From Bacteroidaceae bacterium (lineage in GTDB: Bacteria; Bacillota_I; Bacilli_A; RF39; UBA660), in the NCBI GenBank assembly GCA_963616135.1, contig CAVEJT010000001.1, positions 4,949 through 68,948 on the forward strand: DNA of 64,000 nucleotides, given 5' to 3'. The position numbers and the translations under genes were made by a program. Below, one piece after another: positions 58,546-64,000 of the stretch. The notes below the pieces were generated by a model. That model ran no database searches and had not been told where the DNA came from. It was given only the letters and a program-made list of their open reading frames with translations. The stretch's first letter is position 1. The number at the start of each line of letters is the position of its first letter.

Positions 58546-59292
58546 ATGATAAGTATTAAAACTCCAAGAGAGATAGAATTAATGCGTGTGGCTGGTGAAA
58601 TAGTAGGAGATACACACAAGTATTTAATTCCTTATTTAAAACCGGGAATTACTACTAAAGAAATAGATACACTAGCCCGCGATTATATCATTAAAAGAGG
58701 AGCTACTCCATCTTGTTATAATTATGATGGTTATCCTGGAAATATATGTATTTCAATTAATGATGAAGTTGTTCATGGAATAGCAGGGAAAAGAAAATTA
58801 AAAGATGGCGATATAGTTACTTTAGATATATGTGCTTGCTATAAGGGATATCATGGCGATAGTGCTTGGACATATCCTGTTGGAAATATATCTAATGAAG
58901 TAAGATATTTGCTAGATCACACAGAAAAAGCACTTTACATAGGTCTAGAACAAATAAAGGCTGGAGCTCATGTGGGTGATATTGGATATGCTATTGAACA
59001 ATATGCTTTAGATCATAATTTAGGTGTAGTAAAAGAATTAGTAGGTCATGGAGTTGGATCAGAATTACACGAAGATCCAGATGTCCCTAACTATGGTAAA
59101 AAAAATACTGGACCAATTCTTAAAGAAGGAATGGTTATAGCAGTTGAACCTATGCTTAATTTAGGAACTGCTGATATATATCTTTTGGATGATGATTGGA
59201 CAGTTATTACTGCAGATGGTGAGCCATCAGCTCATTTCGAACATACAGTATTAATTACCAAAGATGGATATGAAATATTAACGAAGAGGTGA
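58546..59292 (+). CDS. map: Type I methionine aminopeptidase
   Basis: [44 protein letters not shown]. Confidence 0.95.
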   Translation: MISIKTPREIELMRVAGEIVGDTHKYLIPYLKPGITTKEIDTLARDYIIKRGATPSCYNYDGYPGNICISINDEVVHGIAGKRKLKDGDIVTLDICACYKGYHGDSAWTYPVGNISNEVRYLLDHTEKALYIGLEQIKAGAHVGDIGYAIEQYALDHNLGVVKELVGHGVGSELHEDPDVPNYGKKNTGPILKEGMVIAVEPMLNLGTADIYLLDDDWTVITADGEPSAHFEHTVLITKDGYEILTKR

Positions 59293-59296
59293 AATA

Positions 59297-59512
59297 GTGG
59301 CAAAAGATGATATAATAGAGATGGAAGGTAAAGTTTTAGAAGTATTACCTGGTTATAAGTTCAAAGTAGAACTAGATAACAAACATATAATTACGGCTGA
59401 CGTTTCAGGTAAAATGCGAATGAACATGATTCGAATTTTAGCTGGTGATAGAGTAACAGTTGAAATATCAACTTATGATTTAACACGTGGTCGTATAACC
59501 TATAGAAGGTAG
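59297..59512 (+). CDS. infA: Translation initiation factor IF-1 (GTG start)
   Basis: [59 protein letters not shown]. Confidence 0.95.
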   Translation: MAKDDIIEMEGKVLEVLPGYKFKVELDNKHIITADVSGKMRMNMIRILAGDRVTVEISTYDLTRGRITYRR

Positions 59513-59524
59513 GAGGTAGAAAAG

Positions 59525-59638
59525 ATGAAAGTTAAACCATCAGTAAAACCAATGTGTGAAAAATGTAAAGTAATTAAACGTAAGGGAAAAGTAATGGTAA
59601 TCTGTGAAAACCCTAAACATAAACAAAGACAAGGTTAA
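59525..59638 (+). CDS. rpmJ: 50S ribosomal protein L36
   Basis: Below the ORF-track length cut-off. My translation is [37 protein letters not shown], with SD GGAGG upstream. Confidence 0.93.
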   Translation: MKVKPSVKPMCEKCKVIKRKGKVMVICENPKHKQRQG

Positions 59639-59652
59639 TAGGAGGTGTTATA

Positions 59653-60018
59653 GTGGCACGTATTAAAGGTGTAGATATACCAAATAACAAAAGAATAGAG
59701 ATTTCACTTACTTATGTATATGGAATCGGAAGAAGTCTTTCTAATCAAATATTGAAAGATGCTAAAATTAATCCAGATAAAAAAGCTGGAGAATTAACAA
59801 ATGAAGAATTAAATGCAATTCGTGATGAGGTTAATAAATACATGACTGAAGGAGATCTTCGTCGTGAAGTTAATATGAATATTAAAACTAAAATGGAAAT
59901 TAATTCATATCAAGGAACTCGTCATAAAAAAGGTTTACCAGTAAGAGGACAAAGAACAAATAGAAATGCTCGTACTCGTAAAGGTAAAGGTAAAGTAGTT
60001 GCTAATAAGAAAAAATAG
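59653..60018 (+). CDS. rpsM: 30S ribosomal protein S13 (GTG start)
   Basis: [25 protein letters not shown]. Confidence 0.96.
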   Translation: MARIKGVDIPNNKRIEISLTYVYGIGRSLSNQILKDAKINPDKKAGELTNEELNAIRDEVNKYMTEGDLRREVNMNIKTKMEINSYQGTRHKKGLPVRGQRTNRNARTRKGKGKVVANKKK

Positions 60019-60041
60019 TTGTGATTAAAGGAGGATAAATT

Positions 60042-60425
60042 ATGGCTTATAAATCAAGAAAAAGAAAAGTTAAGAAGAATATACCAGAAGGTAAAGCTTA
60101 TATTCATTCAACATTCAATAATACTATCGTAACTATTTCAGATAACGATGGTAATGCAATAAGTTGGGCTTCAGCTGGAACTTTAGGTTTCAAAGGAAGT
60201 AAAAAGTCAACTCCATTCGCAGCTGGTATGAGTGCTGAAGCAGCAGGTAAAGCAGCTTATGATATGGGAATGAGAAAAGTTGAAGTTTTTGTAAAAGGTT
60301 TAGGATCAGGTAAAGAAACAGCAATTCGTTCACTTCAAACAGCAGGTTTAGAAATTACATCTATATCTGATGTTACACCAATTCCACATAATGGATGTCG
60401 TCCACCAAAACGCCCACGTGGATAA
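60042..60425 (+). CDS. rpsK: 30S ribosomal protein S11
   Basis: [43 protein letters not shown]. Confidence 0.96.
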   Translation: MAYKSRKRKVKKNIPEGKAYIHSTFNNTIVTISDNDGNAISWASAGTLGFKGSKKSTPFAAGMSAEAAGKAAYDMGMRKVEVFVKGLGSGKETAIRSLQTAGLEITSISDVTPIPHNGCRPPKRPRG

Positions 60426-60442
60426 GAGAAGGGAGTGAAATT

Positions 60443-61393
60443 ATGTTAAATTTTGAAAAACCAATATATAAAATAACTGAATATATAGAGGATAAGAATT
60501 ATGGTAAATTTGAATTAGAACCACTAGAAAGAGGTTTTGGTACAACACTTGGTAACGCACTTAGAAGAATTATGTTATCAAGTATGCCAGGAAGTGCTAT
60601 AGTTGCAGTAAAAATTGATGGAGTTATGCATGAATTCCAAACAATGGAAGGAATAGTAGAAGATGTTACTACAATAGTTTTAAATCTTAAAAATATTGTT
60701 GTTAAGAATAATTCTGAAGAAGTTAAAACATTAAAACTATATTCTGATGTAGAAGGTGTTGTAACAGCAGGTGATATCCAAACAGATCCAGAAGTAGAAA
60801 TAATAAATAAAGATCAAGTTATAGCTACAATAGCTAAGGGTGGAAAACTTGATATGGAATTTATAGTAGCAAATGGTCGTGGATATGTTCCTTCAGTAGA
60901 AAACAAGAAATATATTGAAAATCAAAAAATCGGATTCATTCCAATTGATGCATTATATTCTCCAATTGAAAGAATTAGTTATGAAATCGAAAATGCTCGT
61001 GTTGGTCAAGATGCTAGTTACGATAAACTAATTATGGAAGTATTTACTAATGGATCAATTAGACCAGAAGAAGCTATGGCTCTTGCAGCAAAAATTATGA
61101 TTGAACATCTTAATATAGTAACTAATTTAAGCGAAATAGCTGATGTTACAGGAATAATGAATGCTAAACAAGAAGATAGTAAACTTAAAAAATTAGAAAC
61201 ATCAATAGATGATTTAGATTTCTCAGTAAGAGCATACAATTGCTTAAAGAGAGCTGGAGTTAATACTTTAGGTGATCTAACAGCTAAATCTGAAGTTGAA
61301 ATGATGAAAATTCGTAATTTAGGTAAAAAGTCTCTAAAAGAAGTAATTGATAAAATTAAAGATATGGGACTTAGATTCCGCGAAGATGATTAA
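60443..61393 (+). CDS. rpoA: DNA-directed RNA polymerase subunit alpha
   Basis: MLNFEKP...[27 protein letters not shown]-terminal domain [26 protein letters not shown] 60443 follows GGGAG. Confidence 0.96.
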   Translation: MLNFEKPIYKITEYIEDKNYGKFELEPLERGFGTTLGNALRRIMLSSMPGSAIVAVKIDGVMHEFQTMEGIVEDVTTIVLNLKNIVVKNNSEEVKTLKLYSDVEGVVTAGDIQTDPEVEIINKDQVIATIAKGGKLDMEFIVANGRGYVPSVENKKYIENQKIGFIPIDALYSPIERISYEIENARVGQDASYDKLIMEVFTNGSIRPEEAMALAAKIMIEHLNIVTNLSEIADVTGIMNAKQEDSKLKKLETSIDDLDFSVRAYNCLKRAGVNTLGDLTAKSEVEMMKIRNLGKKSLKEVIDKIKDMGLRFREDD

Positions 61394-61410
61394 CAAGTAG
61401 GAGGAATATT

Positions 61411-61767
61411 ATGGCTTATAGAAAATTAGGACGTACAAATAAACATAGAAGAAGTATGCTTGCTAATTTAACTAAAGATGTTATCATGAATGAAAGAATT
61501 GAAACAACAGAACCAAGAGCTAAAGAAGTTCGTAAATTCGTTGATAAAATGATTACTTATGGTAAAGATGGTTCTTTAGTAGCAAGAAGAAAAGCTTTAG
61601 CATTCTTACACAATGATACAGTAGCAGTTAAAAAAGTATTTGATGATTTAGCTCCTCGTTACGCTAATCGTAATGGTGGTTATACAAGAATACTAAAACT
61701 TACTGAACGTCGTGGAGATGATGCTTTAATGGTTATTTTAGAATTAGTTGAAGGAGATGCTAAATAA
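61411..61767 (+). CDS. rplQ: 50S ribosomal protein L17
   Basis: [26 protein letters not shown]. Confidence 0.96.
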   Translation: MAYRKLGRTNKHRRSMLANLTKDVIMNERIETTEPRAKEVRKFVDKMITYGKDGSLVARRKALAFLHNDTVAVKKVFDDLAPRYANRNGGYTRILKLTERRGDDALMVILELVEGDAK

Positions 61768-61780
61768 GCATCTTTTTTTT
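61755..61780 (+). terminator. Terminator of the alpha operon
   Basis: AGATGCT (61755-61761) / AGCATCT (61767-61773), then TTTTTTT. Confidence 0.65.
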
Positions 61781-61888
61781 GAGAAAAAATAATTATACGA
61801 ATAATCTATCAATAGTCCAAAATATTGTAAAAAATTGGAAATTGTGTTATTATTTTATAGGTAGTATAGAAAATAAGGAGTGATATGT

Positions 61889-62596
61889 TTGTTTAATGTT
61901 ATAATATGTGATGATAACGACAATGATAGAAAAAGTATAGCTAATTTAGTAAAAAAATTTATGCATAAAAATAATTTAGAATATCAAATACATTTATATG
62001 ATGATTATAATGAAAAGTTTTTAAGTCTAATGGATAAAAAAATGTCATTTAAAATATATTTATTAGATATTGAAACTCCAACATATTCAGGTATTGATAT
62101 AGCTCGTAAAATAAGAAAAAAAGATATAGATAGTGTAATAATATTTTTAACAGCACATGAAGAACTTGGAAATGTAGTATTAAAGAATGATATAATGTTT
62201 TTATCATTTATAAATAAATTTGATAATGTAGAAAGTAGACTAAATTCATCTTTAGAAAATGCAATAAATCAATTTAAAGATAAAAGAATGATTAGATTTA
62301 ATGATAGAAACGTTGTATATACAATAGATATGAATGATATATTATATATAACAAAAGACAGTTTTGAAAGAAAAACAATAATTAAAACTGATTATTCTGA
62401 ATTTAAAGTAAATAATCCATTAATAGAAGTGGTAGGTATGTTAGATTCGAGGTTTGTACAGTCACATAGATCTTGTTACATAAATAACTCACGAAAAGTT
62501 AAAGTAGATAAAGCAAAGAGAATTATAACATTTGATAATGGGGAAGAAATAGATTTGCTATCAGATAAATTTAAAAAAGAGGTAGCAAATGGATAA
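61889..62596 (+). CDS. LytTR-family response regulator (AgrA-like)
   Basis: Receiver VIICDDNDNDRKS...LDIETP. C-terminal LytTR domain ILYITKDSFERKTIIKT...FVQSHRSCYIN. The TTG start at 61889 is 7 nt after AAGGAG; the track GTG at 61880 overlaps the SD. Confidence 0.8.
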   Translation: MFNVIICDDNDNDRKSIANLVKKFMHKNNLEYQIHLYDDYNEKFLSLMDKKMSFKIYLLDIETPTYSGIDIARKIRKKDIDSVIIFLTAHEELGNVVLKNDIMFLSFINKFDNVESRLNSSLENAINQFKDKRMIRFNDRNVVYTIDMNDILYITKDSFERKTIIKTDYSEFKVNNPLIEVVGMLDSRFVQSHRSCYINNSRKVKVDKAKRIITFDNGEEIDLLSDKFKKEVANG

Positions 62597-63896
62597 ATTA
62601 ATACAACTATTACTAAGTGGTGTAATTATAACTATTTCAAGTCTATATATATCATGTAAATTATTAGATAAAAAAATAGATTTTAAAAATATTTCAGCAT
62701 ATTATTTAATACCTCTGATATATTTATCTATTGTTTTTAATTATATGTATAATAATCAATTTATTAGAATTTTAACTATATCAATATTGTTAGGAATATT
62801 TTTTAAAATACTATTTAAAGAAAAAACAAATAGAGCATTGATTTGCTCTATCGTATTACACTTGATTTATATGATATCTGAAATAATATTTGCATTAATA
62901 ATAACTTTTGTTTTTGATATGAGTTCAAATGATATTATGAACACACAATTTGGGACTGTTTTAGCTAATTTTATAATATCATTTTTATCAATAATTTTAG
63001 CTAATATTAAATATGTGAAAATATTTTATAATTTTTTTGTGCAAATTACTAACAAAGTTAAAAATACACAGATAATTGCTGCTGCAATATTTATTTCAGC
63101 CGTAGCTAATATTTTGGCTATGATTAATTATTATAAAGTACAATTTGGATATTTACTTATATTTAATGCTTTTATGACATTAGGATGTTTTGGTATTGTT
63201 TTATATTCTCTAAAAACGAAGAATAGTTATATTGAGGTAAACAATAAATATAGTACAACATTGAATAGTTTGAAAGAATACGAAGATATTTTAAATAAGT
63301 ATAGAGTATCTAACCATGAAAACAAAAATCAATTATTAACTATAAGGAATATGCTTCCAAAAGAAGATAAAAAAATAATTTCTTATATTGATAAAATTTT
63401 GGATAATAAACATAAAGATAATGATAAGGCGATGAGAAAAACAGCAGTTATACCAGCTGGAGGTTTGCGAGGATTAATATATTCTAAGATACTTGTTATG
63501 GATGAAAGAAAAATACATTATGATTTAGATTTTTCAAGTAGTATTAAAACAGTTGATCTTATAAATAATATAGATGAATCTACTATGCTCGACATATGTA
63601 CTGTAATAGGTGTTTATGTAGATAATGCAATAGATGAGGTCACAAACCTTGAAGAAAAAAATATTTGTATTGAAATGTATTTAGATGAAAAGGATTTAAT
63701 AATAGCAATTTCAAATAATTATGGGCATACTATTGATATAAGTAAATTAGAAGAAAAAGGTTATACAACTAAAGACAATGGTCATGGATATGGTTTACCT
63801 TTAACAAGAGAAATAATTAATAATAATAGTAGATTACAAAATGAAAAAAGAATATCTAAAGAAATATTTACACAAATATTAAAAATTAGAATGTAA
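62589..63896 (+). CDS. AgrC-like membrane sensor histidine kinase (GHKL, HATPase_c_5 type)
   Basis: About 6 N-terminal TM segments. H-box region YRVSNHENKNQLLTI. ATP-binding region ISNNYG...GHGYGLPLTREII. Confidence 0.8.
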   Translation: MDKLIQLLLSGVIITISSLYISCKLLDKKIDFKNISAYYLIPLIYLSIVFNYMYNNQFIRILTISILLGIFFKILFKEKTNRALICSIVLHLIYMISEIIFALIITFVFDMSSNDIMNTQFGTVLANFIISFLSIILANIKYVKIFYNFFVQITNKVKNTQIIAAAIFISAVANILAMINYYKVQFGYLLIFNAFMTLGCFGIVLYSLKTKNSYIEVNNKYSTTLNSLKEYEDILNKYRVSNHENKNQLLTIRNMLPKEDKKIISYIDKILDNKHKDNDKAMRKTAVIPAGGLRGLIYSKILVMDERKIHYDLDFSSSIKTVDLINNIDESTMLDICTVIGVYVDNAIDEVTNLEEKNICIEMYLDEKDLIIAISNNYGHTIDISKLEEKGYTTKDNGHGYGLPLTREIINNNSRLQNEKRISKEIFTQILKIRM

Positions 63897-63901
63897 AATA
63901 A

Positions 63902-63930
63902 AAAATCAGATTAGCGCACAGTCTGATTTT
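63902..63930. terminator. Bidirectional terminator between the kinase and the convergent agrD-like gene
   Basis: AAAATCAGA (63902-63910) / TCTGATTTT (63922-63930), 11-nt loop. Confidence 0.55.
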
Positions 63931-63946
63931 TATTTATATAGTATAA

Positions 63947-64000
63947 TTATTTAATTAAACTTTTTGGACATTCTGGTTCATCTATAACCCATAACAAACA
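63947..64000 (-). CDS. AgrD-like autoinducing-peptide precursor, C-terminal 17 codons only (N-terminus beyond window end)
   Basis: Only one minus-strand frame is open to the window edge. It reads ...CLLWVIDEPECPKSLIK then a stop (63949-63947). This is a Cys-containing pentapeptide followed by an acidic EP..PKSL tail, as in clostridial AgrD. Confidence 0.55.
   Translation of the reverse strand, partial: CLLWVIDEPECPKSLIK

Noticed and set aside
1-64000. Search for CRISPR arrays, tRNA/rRNA genes, transposases, integrases and prophage blocks
   Set aside because: I saw no regularly spaced direct repeats, no GC-rich cloverleaf-like intergenic segments and no recombinase-like ORFs. The only tandem repeat is the in-frame one in noc.

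Overview
Very AT-rich, tightly packed chromosomal origin region of a low-GC, spore-forming Bacillota genome (spoIIR is present; genus not assignable by eye). Left arm, minus strand: gyrA(partial)-gyrB-recF-comK-like-dnaN-dnaA. oriC is bipartite and flanks dnaA. Right arm, plus strand: rpmH-rnpA-yidC-jag-mnmE-mnmG-rsmG-noc, then about 20 kb of housekeeping genes (uvrB, lgt, ung, spoIIR, mntP, murA, rpmE, typA, ddl). These are followed by parA-parB, ychF, rpsF-ssb-rpsR, an RpoD-like sigma factor, the complete S10-spc-alpha ribosomal cluster (rpsJ to rplQ, with no rpmD), and an agr-type quorum-sensing locus at the right edge. I saw no rRNA, tRNA, CRISPR array, transposase or integrase. Most of the window is ordinary core genome. 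The main items for follow-up are: (1) a 2.8-kb islet between mntP and murA holding an HTH gene, a structured 245-nt non-coding stretch, a DUF2828/TROVE-like + vWA-MIDAS protein (Ro60-like architecture) and a decayed P-loop gene; (2) an atypical Noc that lacks the N-terminal membrane helix and carries a roughly 290-aa repeat-containing disordered insert; (3) clustered TTTGGGAAAT motifs (exact Noc-binding half-sites) at oriC and at the noc promoter; (4) a ComK homolog with Spo0A-box-like motifs inside the dnaA-gyrB cluster; (5) an AgrD-like propeptide C-terminus cut by the window end. All functional calls come from reading the translations for motifs. No database search was run.
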